NCBI GenBank assembly: GCA_028864975.1 | Contig: JAGWLG010000003.1 | Span: forward strand, 1-64,000 | DNA from: Thermoplasmata archaeon | Lineage (GTDB): Archaea > Thermoplasmatota > Thermoplasmata > Lutacidiplasmatales > UBA184 | Direction of reading: 5' to 3' | DNA: 64,000 nt | Shown here: positions 55,546 to 64,000 of the stretch, piece by piece | Layout: each line of letters opens with the position of its first letter | Numbering within the stretch: the first letter of the stretch is position 1 | Translations under genes and position numbers: made by a program | The notes under the pieces: generated by a model | Databases searched by the model: none | What the model was told of the DNA's origin: nothing | The model's input: only the letters and a program-made list of their open reading frames with translations

Positions 55546-57333
55546 TCACTCCCCGCCCAAGAAGCGCCTCAGGAGCGGGTTCATCTCCATCAACTGTTCG
55601 CGCCCCATCGCCTCGTAGAGATTGATGATGATCCCTACGGTGAGCAGCACGCCCGTCCCCGAGGCGTTCCCGACCGTCCCGATAAGGTCCGCCCCCGCGG
55701 CGAGCGCGCCCACCGCGGCCCCCGAGAGGACCGTGATCACGGGGATGTAACGCTCGAGCACACGTCGGAGGACGCGCGGGTCCCGGCGGAACCCGGGGAT
55801 CTGCATCCCGCTGGCCTCGATCTGGCGGGCCACGGCCTCGGGCCCCATGTTCGTCGTCTGGATCCAGAACTTGGCGAACATGATCGACCCACCGACCATG
55901 AGCGAGAAGTAGACCAGGATGTGGATCAGGTCCTGGAATGCCGTATGGCCCGTGAGGAAGTTCCCATAGATCGAGGGGTTCAGGATGGGCAGCAGCCAGC
56001 TCTCGAGACCGTTCGGTGTGGAGACGTAGTACGCCCCACCCGTGAGCGGCGTCGAGGTCGAGATCCCTAACGCCTGGGCCTGCGTCTGCGAAGCGTAGCT
56101 TCCGATCCACCACTGGTGTCCCACGCCCGGGAAGTTCATCAGCGTCGGGTTCGACCAGAGCAGGATCGAGAACATGGAGACGTTGGCCAGCAGGGCGGCC
56201 ATCAAGATCACGGGGATGTTCGAAGCGTAGATCAACCGCAGCGGATAGCGCCCGCGCGCCCCGCGCGCCTCGGCGTGCGAAAGCGGCAGCTCGATGCGGG
56301 TCGACTCCGTCCAGGCGACCAGAAAGAAGATGGAAGCGGTCCCCGCTAAGGCGATGATCGGGTTAGGATAGCGCAGCAGGATCTCCTCGATCCCGCCTCC
56401 CGCGAGCTGTCCCGCATTGAGGTGCGTCAGGAAGAACCAGGTCTTGAAGATGGTCCCGGCCGGCGGGTTGCTGACGGAGACCGGCTGCTGCGGGTTCGTG
56501 GGCAGCCAGTTCACGGTCCCCGTGAAGATGGCCTGGGAGACGCCCGCGGCGATGAAGAGCGAGATCCCGCTGCCGATGCCCCACTTGCTCACGACCTCGT
56601 CCATCAGGAAGACGAGGTAGCTCCCGAAGGCGAGCTGGGCGATGATGATGGTGTCGGCGATGATCTGCCCGTTCCCTGGAGAGAACTGGTCGAGCGTCGC
56701 GACCAGGGAGGAGGAAGGGAAGAGGTAGCCGTAGACCTGAGGGATCGCCTCGGTCAGGATCATCGCGACGACCAGGATCTTCTGCGCCCCCTGGTACATC
56801 CCCTTGTCCTCGTCGTCGGTGAGGTCGAGGTTGATGATCTTCGCCCCGACGAAGAGCTGCATGATGATCGAGCCCGTAACGATGGGTCCGATACCCAGGT
56901 GCATGAGCGTGCCCTGGGCCCCGGCCAGGATGGCCCGGTAGCTGGCGAACAGGTCGATCGTCTGTGTTGGGTCGATCCCGTAGATGAAGATGTTCGTCAG
57001 GACGAAGTAGAGCAGCAGGACCGTCGTCGTCCAGAAGAGCTTGGTCCGGAAGTGGACATGGCCGCTGGATTTCGAGACCGCAGGGAGGCGCGAGGTGATG
57101 GGCTTCCAGCCGTAGAGCTTGGACTTGTCGCCATCGTAGCTGACGATCAGAAGGGCGAGCCCCTCGACGAAGAAGAGGAGCAGTCCGAGGAGAGCGACCC
57201 CGAGGTAGGTGGGATGGGCCCAGATCCAGTCCAGGTAGAGGATCAGCGCGCCGAACGCGATGAAGACCGGCGCGCTGCGCCAGTCCCGGGGGGTCTCCTC
57301 CTCGGCCACTTGAGCCTCCGCTGAGCTTCGCAA
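55546..57333 (-). CDS. secY: Protein translocase subunit SecY with two extra N-terminal TM helices
   Basis: LGIGPIVTGSII.QL, KWGIGSGISLFI, YPLRLIYASNIP, IPGFRRDPR, GTG.LLTV.I. The start may be GTG at 57309. Confidence 0.96.
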   Translation of the reverse strand: MRSSAEAQVAEEETPRDWRSAPVFIAFGALILYLDWIWAHPTYLGVALLGLLLFFVEGLALLIVSYDGDKSKLYGWKPITSRLPAVSKSSGHVHFRTKLFWTTTVLLLYFVLTNIFIYGIDPTQTIDLFASYRAILAGAQGTLMHLGIGPIVTGSIIMQLFVGAKIINLDLTDDEDKGMYQGAQKILVVAMILTEAIPQVYGYLFPSSSLVATLDQFSPGNGQIIADTIIIAQLAFGSYLVFLMDEVVSKWGIGSGISLFIAAGVSQAIFTGTVNWLPTNPQQPVSVSNPPAGTIFKTWFFLTHLNAGQLAGGGIEEILLRYPNPIIALAGTASIFFLVAWTESTRIELPLSHAEARGARGRYPLRLIYASNIPVILMAALLANVSMFSILLWSNPTLMNFPGVGHQWWIGSYASQTQAQALGISTSTPLTGGAYYVSTPNGLESWLLPILNPSIYGNFLTGHTAFQDLIHILVYFSLMVGGSIMFAKFWIQTTNMGPEAVARQIEASGMQIPGFRRDPRVLRRVLERYIPVITVLSGAAVGALAAGADLIGTVGNASGTGVLLTVGIIINLYEAMGREQLMEMNPLLRRFLGGE

Positions 57334-57348
57334 AGAGCTCCGGCTGGA

Positions 57349-57358
57349 GGTATATATG
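57349..57358. promoter_or_regulatory. Probable bidirectional TATA element between secY and the methyltransferase
   Basis: GGTATATATG is the only AT-rich patch in the short divergent gap. Confidence 0.5.
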
Positions 57359-57400
57359 CTCTACCGATAGCCGGCCCTCGAGGGAACGCCCGTTCGGGAC

Positions 57401-58426
57401 ATGCCTCGCCGGGAACAGGGTTCGGTCGTCCGGCCTCCCCTGTCGACCCCCACCCCCGGGGAGGGTCGGACGCATCATCGACCGGAGGGTCCGCGGGAGT
57501 TCTTGATCGGGCACCGCGAAGAGATACTTCAGGCGCTCTCGGGCCGGGACCTGACACCGCTCCACTTTGCTCAGGACTCGGGGGAGCCCGTCCCCCTTCC
57601 CGATGGCTCGGTCCAACTGGTGGTCACCTCTCCTCCCTACCCCTACATCGAGATGTGGGACCGATCGTTCGAGCGGGCGCTCCGATGGGAGCCGGGAACC
57701 CTGGCGAACGACCCCGATCGGCTCGAGGCGATCCATCACTACCTTGCCCGGACCTGGCGCGAGTGCTACCGCCTCCTACAGGAGGGAGGTCTCCTCTGCG
57801 TCAACATCGGGGATGCGACGCGTTCGGTCGGAGGGGAGTTCCGCCTCTTCCCGAACCACGCTCACGTGATCCGCGAGTGCGAGGAGTTGGGGCTGCGCTC
57901 GCTCGTCCCGATCCTGTGGAAAAAGCCGACGAACAAGCCCAACAGCTTCCTGGGAAGCGGCTTCGCGCCCCCGAACGCCTACGTGACGCTGGACTGCGAG
58001 AGCATCCTCATCTTCCGGAAGGGGGGACGACGCCTCCTCCCACCGCACGACGTGCTTCGAGCCGCCTCGCAGTTCTCCAAGGCAGAACGCGACCTGTGGT
58101 TCTCCCAGGTCTGGACGGTCCGGGGGGCGCCGCAGCGGGATGGGGCTGCCTCGTTCCCCGAGGAGATCCCGTACCGTCTGGTCCGGATGTTCTCGCTCCT
58201 GGGCGACACGGTCCTCGACCCGTTCGCGGGGAGCGGGAGCACGCTTCTGGCCGCCTGGCGCCTTGGCCGACGTCCGGTCGGGATCGAGCTCGCCTCCCCT
58301 CGACAGAGGAGGCTCGAGCCCCATGTCCCTACGGAGGGTATCGACCCCCGAAGGGTCCTGGGGCACCTCCTCGAGCTCTACCCGGACCGACCGACGGGAA
58401 CTTTGGGACCGCCGGGGCGCGGATAG
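57401..58426 (+). CDS. Orphan beta-class DNA methyltransferase (N4-C/N6-A)
   Basis: Motif IV VVTSPPY precedes motif I VLDPFAGSGST; FPEEIP.RL..MFS..GD. Confidence 0.9.
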   Translation: MPRREQGSVVRPPLSTPTPGEGRTHHRPEGPREFLIGHREEILQALSGRDLTPLHFAQDSGEPVPLPDGSVQLVVTSPPYPYIEMWDRSFERALRWEPGTLANDPDRLEAIHHYLARTWRECYRLLQEGGLLCVNIGDATRSVGGEFRLFPNHAHVIRECEELGLRSLVPILWKKPTNKPNSFLGSGFAPPNAYVTLDCESILIFRKGGRRLLPPHDVLRAASQFSKAERDLWFSQVWTVRGAPQRDGAASFPEEIPYRLVRMFSLLGDTVLDPFAGSGSTLLAAWRLGRRPVGIELASPRQRRLEPHVPTEGIDPRRVLGHLLELYPDRPTGTLGPPGRG

Positions 58427-58479
58427 GGTGACGGCCCTACCCCGTCCGCGAGGAGGTGGTCGTCAGGCGGTTCCTCCGA

Positions 58480-60039
58480 TTAGAGGCTGCACGAGGTCCC
58501 CGTCGGCCAGACATGGAGGGCTCCTTGGTTGGGGTCCTGGTACACCGAGAAGTCGATGCATCCGGATCCGGTCGGATTGTTCACGCTCACGGACCAGGAG
58601 TGGTCGGTCTGGATCTGGTAGTCCAAGCTCCCGGAGATCCCCAACGACACCTCGACACCGGCATAGGGCACCCTGAAGCTCAGCGAAAGACCGAGGCTCT
58701 CGGAAATGTCGGAGGCGGTGGAGTGACTGGCGTCGCAGCTCACCGTCTGATCGGTGTCCTGAGCCGTCAGAGAGCAAACAAGATTGGCCCCCCCGTTCTG
58801 GGCCCACGATAGGCTCTCCGGGTCGATCTGGAGAGGGGCCGATGTGACCCTGTAGTAGCCGTCGTTCGAAGAGGGGTTGCCATGAATCACATTCTGCAGA
58901 ATGTACTCGCAGCAATAGGCGGAGCCCTCCGTGAACGTGTAGAACTGGCTCGTCATCTCGTCGACGAGCTCGAGCCCCGCGTAACAGCTCCCCTGACTGT
59001 AGGGACTCTGCTTGACCACACCCAGGCAGTTGTTCTCCGTGGGAGTCTCGGTCGTCTGACCGGAGCTCTGGCTCTCGGTGTTGGACCAGGTGGCCGAGCC
59101 CTGGGCGATGCCCACGCTCGCGGAGAGGGTCAGCGACTGGGTGGTCGACACCGTGCTGGAATAGCTGACGCTGGCAGCGCCTTCGGACAGCCACTGGGTA
59201 CCCGTCCAGGCCCCAGGGTCGTTAAAGAACGCTACGCCGGCCACGGAAGGTATCGGTACCTGGGCGGTGTCCGTGATCAAGAGCCCGGTGAAGGTGTTCG
59301 TCCAGAAGGTCTGGTCGAAGTAGGGCGCGGTGTCGGGCAGAAGGCCGTAGCAGGCGCCATCTTCCCAAGGATCCACGTCGATGCTGAGATAGTAGTAGTT
59401 CCCGTCGATGGCATGGTACTGGTCGAGCCAGGAGGGGTATCTCGCCTCGCCCGGCGGGATGTCCACCGCGAAGTTCCCGTTCGACCCCGTGGTCGTGCAA
59501 GCGAACCCCGTCGTCATCGCGCCGCCGTACCACCACTTCACGAGGACCACGACCCCGGTGGGGAAGGAGGCGGACCACGACATGTAGTTGTTCTGAGTGT
59601 CGAGGGACGGCGTCTCGATCGCGACCTGGCCGCTGACGAGAACAGGATTGCTCCCTCCGCTGCCACCTCCCGAACCTCCGCTGCCACCCGAACCCCCTGT
59701 CCCCCCGCTCCCTCCCCCACCACCATAGGCGATCATCCCGGAGGCGAGCGGAGCCATGGGACCGATGACCACAGCGAGGCTCGCGGCCAGGAGCAAGAGT
59801 GGCACGACCCGCGGCCCTCTCCGCGCGAGGGGCGATCCGTTCGAGCGCGAGCCTCGGTGGACCGACTTGGGGGCGTCTGGCAACAAGGGGAGCGCTTGGG
59901 TTGGGACGTCGTTCGGAGACATCGCGTAAAAGTCCCCCGCCTCGGATTTCAAAAGGGCGGCAACAGATCTCCTCCAAACCGGCAGCACTTGCTCGCCCAT
60001 GTCACTGCATGGATACGCAGCGGAGGGGTGAGCCTTCAC
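58480..60039 (-). CDS. Secreted Cys-rich beta protein with Gly/Ser linker and two Ser/Thr-alternating hairpins
   Basis: Hydrophobic signal VVPLLLLAASLAVVIGPMA, GGGGGSGGTGGSGG linker, about 10 Cys, no C-terminal TM helix. The start may be MSPND at 59922. Confidence 0.7.
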   Translation of the reverse strand: MKAHPSAAYPCSDMGEQVLPVWRRSVAALLKSEAGDFYAMSPNDVPTQALPLLPDAPKSVHRGSRSNGSPLARRGPRVVPLLLLAASLAVVIGPMAPLASGMIAYGGGGGSGGTGGSGGSGGSGGGSGGSNPVLVSGQVAIETPSLDTQNNYMSWSASFPTGVVVLVKWWYGGAMTTGFACTTTGSNGNFAVDIPPGEARYPSWLDQYHAIDGNYYYLSIDVDPWEDGACYGLLPDTAPYFDQTFWTNTFTGLLITDTAQVPIPSVAGVAFFNDPGAWTGTQWLSEGAASVSYSSTVSTTQSLTLSASVGIAQGSATWSNTESQSSGQTTETPTENNCLGVVKQSPYSQGSCYAGLELVDEMTSQFYTFTEGSAYCCEYILQNVIHGNPSSNDGYYRVTSAPLQIDPESLSWAQNGGANLVCSLTAQDTDQTVSCDASHSTASDISESLGLSLSFRVPYAGVEVSLGISGSLDYQIQTDHSWSVSVNNPTGSGCIDFSVYQDPNQGALHVWPTGTSCSL

Positions 60040-60423
60040 GAACCTGGTCCTGACGCCTGGCTAGCACCAGGGCTTGCGGTCCCGGTGTGACCTTCACTCT
60101 GGTGCTGGACCTGGGTGCCCACAGTTCCCGCCGCGGAGAAAGAGGGTCCGGGCCCCCTCGCAACGAACGGTGACCGACCTCCCGGAGCGTCCTCGAGCAC
60201 GTCTTCTGCGCATCCTGCACGCTCGCCATGGACGCCGTCCTCATCACCCGGTCCAGCGTGCGGCTCCCTAGGATCAGTCTGCGCTTCTCCGGAGCGGAGA
60301 ACGGGACCCCCGGCTCCGCCGCGTCGCTGTCAGCTCGACTCCCGGCCCGGGTCCTTGACCAGTGCTCCTCGCGTCTCGTCAGCAGAGAGGTCCTCGGCTC
60401 CCGTACCGAGTGCGTCTACACCT

Positions 60424-60549
60424 CTCGACGAAGGACTTCCTCCACTCCGGGCGGGCACGAGTGGCCTTCGGGTCCCGCACCTTCCTACTCGGGAGCGGGG
60501 CTCCCCTGAGCGCCTTCTCGGCCTGGAGGAGCGAGGAGAGCTCGCCTAC
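60424..60549 (-). pseudogene. Degenerate partial copy of rpl15
   Basis: 19 nt identity tgagcgccttctcggcctg (60507-60525 = 61983-62001). Translates VGELSSLLQAEKAL...EWRKSFVE versus VGELSSLLPLLQAEKAL...KWKVYVE in rpl15. Confidence 0.65.
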
Positions 60550-60819
60550 GGCGCGGCCTCGGAGTAAGCGACCGCCGCGTCCTAGAGGGCGGTCGGACAC
60601 CGTATCAAGGGACCGGCGAGATCGGGGCCGCCCCGTGGCCCCGGCTGAGAGGGTGGCGCGAATCAAGCATGCGCTTCGGTGCCATTCACCCGAAGACGCT
60701 CATCCTTGGCCACCGGATGATTTCAGGTCCCTGCAGCTCTCACCGATGCCCCACTTATCACCCGCGGCTCCCCGCGTCTTCCTCCGTCCCCCCTGACCTG
60801 GGGGCGGCGCTTGCCAGGC

Positions 60820-61217
60820 TCACTTCCAGACGGTCCTGAGGGACGGGAGCCCAGTGAGCACCTCATCGTTCGTCACCAAGACAAGGCCCATGGAGAGGGC
60901 GTCCGCCGCAATCGTCCTGTCGTGAAGCTCGGGACCGCGCAACCTGCGGAACCAGGCCCAACCGGTTTCAGAGAGATGCGACCTTACCAAGTACCCGGTC
61001 GATCGTAGGGCCTCGAAGACCTCCTCCACACCTGCGGGAGACCGTAGACGGACCCTCCCGTGTTCGACCAGCCACCGGAGCTCGGCAAGTGCGACCTCTG
61101 GGAGGAAGAGGCTCCCACGCCCTCTTCCGCGTCCCGGAAGGTGCCCAGGGCCCGAGAGGGGAGCGACCCTTCCAAGAGGCGTACCACCGCGAGGCTGTCA
61201 ACGACCGCGTAGGTCAC
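60820..61217 (-). pseudogene. vapC: Frameshifted PIN-domain toxin (VapC)
   Basis: The N-terminal part reads MTYAVVDSLAVVRLL and the C-terminal part LFLPEVALAEL...LHDRTIAADAL...LVTND. One extra G in the GGG run at 61114-61116 joins them. Confidence 0.8.
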
Positions 61218-61444
61218 GCATTCGACCCGTGCCGCAGCTGGCGGATTGCCTTCTCCACGCCCGCCGAGTCCATCCTTCCCTTGAACAGCCTGTAGAGGCT
61301 CCTCTTCGGGCGAGGCCGAATGAGGATCCCGGCCTCGGTATCCACGACCATGGCCTCCTCGCCCTCGCCAGGGTGATGCTTCTCGCGTAGCTCCTTCGGC
61401 AGCGTGATCTGCCCCTTGGAACTGATCTTGACCGTGCTGGCCAT
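61214..61444 (-). CDS. AbrB/MazE/SpoVT-family antitoxin
   Basis: MASTVKISSKGQITLPKELRE...GEG......GILIRP. GTGA overlap with the PIN gene. Confidence 0.9.
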   Translation of the reverse strand: MASTVKISSKGQITLPKELREKHHPGEGEEAMVVDTEAGILIRPRPKRSLYRLFKGRMDSAGVEKAIRQLRHGSNA

Positions 61445-61659
61445 GTCCCTATCAAGGCGGCTTTGCAAGTAATCTTTACCTCACGTTCCGAACACGTCCG
61501 TCTCCCTGGCCCAACGTGTCGGGAGAATTTGCGCCGAGAACGGCCTCTCGGGCTCTGGTCCAGGGTCCCGTGCCTCTCGGGGGACATCCGCCTCGTCCGC
61601 GCACCGTCGCTGGACGGTGCCCTACTCGACCTCGGACTTCGAGGCGCACTGCCCCGCCG

Positions 61660-62244
61660 TTACGCCGCTGTCTTGGAAGAGCCCGCAGGGGTCGCCGCGG
61701 GCTTCGTGGCTGGCGCGCGCGGCTGCGAGCCGCCCGTCGCGGGAGGAGCCCCCTTGGCGGTCGTGGCCGGGGCCCCTGGTCTTGCGGGTGGGGTCTTCGG
61801 TAGGGAGGGGGTCGCCGCCGCGGGAGCCCCCGGAGGGGACGAGAGCACCTCGACCTTTTCCTTTGCATGGTCGCTCGCGTGCTCGACGTAGACCTTCCAC
61901 TTCCCCGAGGGCTTGCCACCGCCTAGGAGGCGGTCGATCCCGATGGCGGAGAGGTCCGCGACCCGGGCGTCCCCCTCCATCTTGAGCGCCTTCTCGGCCT
62001 GCAGGAGCGGGAGGAGGGAGGAGAGCTCTCCCACGTTCACCGCTTCGGGGTGGGCGACGGCGGCCGCCGGGCGCTTGAACCCGTGCCGCCCGAAGTGGTC
62101 GGGCGCGTAGATGAGCATCGACTTGAACTTGTATTTGTGGAGACCCGCGTTCCCGCGTCCGCCCTGCTTGCCGGCGCCACGTCCCGCCTTGATCCCCCGC
62201 CCGTGGGTCCTCGACCCCCGGAACTTCCTCGTGCGCGATGGCAT
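61660..62244 (-). CDS. rpl15: 50S ribosomal protein uL15 with Pro/Ala/Thr/Lys-rich tail
   Basis: RKFRGSRTHGRG...GRGAG..GGRGNAG.HK, HFG..GF, GIDRLLGGG. Confidence 0.96.
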   Translation of the reverse strand: MPSRTRKFRGSRTHGRGIKAGRGAGKQGGRGNAGLHKYKFKSMLIYAPDHFGRHGFKRPAAAVAHPEAVNVGELSSLLPLLQAEKALKMEGDARVADLSAIGIDRLLGGGKPSGKWKVYVEHASDHAKEKVEVLSSPPGAPAAATPSLPKTPPARPGAPATTAKGAPPATGGSQPRAPATKPAATPAGSSKTAA

Positions 62245-62266
62245 CTCTTCTCCCTCCCCTCGTCCC

Positions 62267-62737
62267 TCAGATCATCCGCGCGATGAGCTTGTCCATGTCT
62301 ATCTTTGTGCCGGGCTCGCGGTAACCGAGGGCGCCGCCCAGGGTGTAGGGCTTCTTCGTCGAACGCCAGCCGCCCTTCGGAGGGTGGAGACGGAAGAGGG
62401 GCTTCACGCCCGGGATGTGGAGCGAGCCTTCCTTGTGGACCCGCTCTGCGAGACCTTTCAGGTCCTTCGCGCCGGAGACGGGAGGGAGCTTCGCGGCATC
62501 GAGGAGGTGGCCGTCCTCCGTGAGCGCGCGGGCCTTGACCAGCGCCTCGACCGTAGGTGCGCTCACCGGACCCCAGGTGACGTACCCCTGGACCTTGTTG
62601 ACCATCCCGCGCAGCTCGTTCTTCTCGGGGAGGATCACGAGGTGGTTCTGTCGGGTCAGATGCAGGTGCCTCATCGTCTCGTTGAGCGAGGCTTCGGCGT
62701 GGACCCCGCCCCGCACCCGGACGACCGCCCACGTCAT
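62267..62737 (-). CDS. rpl30: 50S ribosomal protein uL30
   Basis: AVVRVRG, TM..L.L.R.NH, GM..KV..YVTWG, FRLHPP.GG, GALGYR. Confidence 0.96.
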   Translation of the reverse strand: MTWAVVRVRGGVHAEASLNETMRHLHLTRQNHLVILPEKNELRGMVNKVQGYVTWGPVSAPTVEALVKARALTEDGHLLDAAKLPPVSGAKDLKGLAERVHKEGSLHIPGVKPLFRLHPPKGGWRSTKKPYTLGGALGYREPGTKIDMDKLIARMI

Positions 62738-62739
62738 GG

Positions 62740-63651
62740 TCAGGGCCCTCCCGGTCGCGGCCCGGTGGGCCGGGGCGTACGATGACCCCCGCCGCCTGGA
62801 CGAGCGCCCGGACGTCCCCGCCCCCCGCCTCGTCCGCCGGGACGACCGCCGCCACGTCCCCCAGGCCCTCCGCGCGGACCGCCACCGGGCGGGGCCGCTT
62901 CCTTCGGGGGCAGGATCGAGGTGCCCGTGGCTCCGCGCACGATCTTCAGACGGTCGCGGTCGGCCTCGGGGACCTTGACCATGGAGAGCTGACGGAGCGC
63001 CTCGAAGGCCGCCTGGGCGTAGTTCACGGTGGTCTTCGTGTGCCCCTCAGTGAACGCCCACGCGTCCACGATGCCGGCGAAACGCAGGACCGGCTTCGCG
63101 ATGTCGCCCACCGCGAGCGAGACGCCGCGGGGGGCGGGCTTGAACGTGACGCGGACGCTCCCCGTGCGTCCCACGATCTGGAACGGGAGGGTGTGGGGCT
63201 TGTAGCAGCCGCACTCCCAGCTGCCGCATCCCCGCGGGACCTCGATGAGATGGAGCTTCGCGTGGTCGATCGCCCGTCGGATCGTCGGGCCGACCTCGCG
63301 TCCCCTGGCGCGGCCCAGGCCGACGAACCCGTCGCCGTTACCGACGACCACGGTGACCGCGAACTTGAACCGGCGGCCCGAGTCGGTCATGCGCTGGACC
63401 ATGTTCACGTCCAGTACCTCGTCGTGGAGGTTCGGGAGCAGAGCGTCCGCGATCTGGACCTCCTTGAGCGGGAGGCCGGTGTGCAGCGCCTGGGTCATCG
63501 TCGTGATCTCTCCCGAGAGGACGCGTCGGCCCAGTTCGGTACGAGGAACCCAGGGCGCGGCCGGTGCCGAGCGTTCACCGGGACCGCCAGGACCTGCTCC
63601 GCCGCTGGGGGGTGGGGGGGCGGTCGAGGCAGCGGGGGTTGCGGGGCTCAT
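62740..63651 (-). CDS. rps5: 30S ribosomal protein uS5 with low-complexity N- and C-terminal extensions
   Basis: WVPRTELGR, VQRMTDSGRR.KF, RGCGSWEC, PAPRG.SL, T.T..N.A.A.F.AL. Confidence 0.97.
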   Translation of the reverse strand: MSPATPAASTAPPPPSGGAGPGGPGERSAPAAPWVPRTELGRRVLSGEITTMTQALHTGLPLKEVQIADALLPNLHDEVLDVNMVQRMTDSGRRFKFAVTVVVGNGDGFVGLGRARGREVGPTIRRAIDHAKLHLIEVPRGCGSWECGCYKPHTLPFQIVGRTGSVRVTFKPAPRGVSLAVGDIAKPVLRFAGIVDAWAFTEGHTKTTVNYAQAAFEALRQLSMVKVPEADRDRLKIVRGATGTSILPPKEAAPPGGGPRGGPGGRGGGRPGGRGGGRGRPGARPGGGGHRTPRPTGPRPGGP

Positions 63652-64000
63652 GGCTTAGCTCCAGGGGCGGCGGCCTTCGTCACCAAGGTAGATGAGACCT
63701 TCTGACGCAGTTGGTCGAGGGGTACCGACAGCGGGGACTTGAGATGCGCTCCGCCCAGGCGCTCCTTGGGGGGCATGCCCTCCTTCGAGTGCGGGATCTC
63801 CACGCCGGCGTCGAGGAGCCCTTGGAGGGCCCCCAGGATGCGTCCTCCCTTCGAGGGGCGGAGCACGCCCGCGTCCAGGACCGCTTCCTTCTCCCCCTTC
63901 GCTGCAAGGCGAAGCCCGGCGAGGTACCCCGTGAGGTAGGCGGCCGGGGTCGACGTGAGACTTGTGGTCGGGAAGCCCACGTCGACGAGCTCAGGGCTTT
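63648..64000 (-). CDS. rpl18: 50S ribosomal protein uL18 (5' part beyond the window)
   Basis: PAAYLTGYLAG, EAVLDAG, GGRI.GAL.G..DAG..IPH, GAHL. Confidence 0.93.
   Translation of the reverse strand, partial: SPELVDVGFPTTSLTSTPAAYLTGYLAGLRLAAKGEKEAVLDAGVLRPSKGGRILGALQGLLDAGVEIPHSKEGMPPKERLGGAHLKSPLSVPLDQLRQKVSSTLVTKAAAPGAKP

Noticed and set aside
60180-60330. Plus-strand fragment LAMDAVLITRSSVRLPRI resembling a PIN C-terminus
   Set aside because: Similarity is weak and there is no N-terminal PIN aspartate motif.

Overview
High-GC archaeal window, most consistent with a Thermoplasmata lineage (inference from AglB, archaeal PCNA, EF-1beta, Cbf5, DUF106, uL30/uS5/uL18 and leaderless TATA-type promoters). 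Housekeeping genes: EF-1beta with DUF1610, a giant AglB, PCNA, a CysRS-like gene, and the distal spc-type cluster rpl18-rps5-rpl30-rpl15 // secY-DUF106-cmk-cbf5. Metabolic genes: a coupled leuA/C/D/B-like 2-oxoacid elongation operon extended by a thiolase and a DUF35 protein, a second thiolase and three GNATs. Surface genes: two giant Ser/Thr-rich proteins of 3075 and 2790 aa, with different beta-propeller heads (YVTN vs Kelch) on the same Cys-paired Ig-like repeat stalk. Best candidates for new biology: (1) a CuA-cupredoxin/6xPKD surface protein coupled to a lone RnfD/NqrB-like membrane protein; (2) a 4.3 kb insert splitting rpl15 from secY, carrying an orphan DNA methyltransferase, a secreted Cys-rich protein with aerolysin-like Ser/Thr hairpins, a decayed rpl15 copy and an AbrB-PIN pair; (3) the oxoacid-elongation/thiolase/DUF35 operon; (4) the modular propeller-stalk adhesin pair. 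Two frameshifts at G/C runs may be sequencing errors. No rRNA, tRNA, CRISPR array or transposase was recognised. All family calls are by motif recognition; no database search was run.
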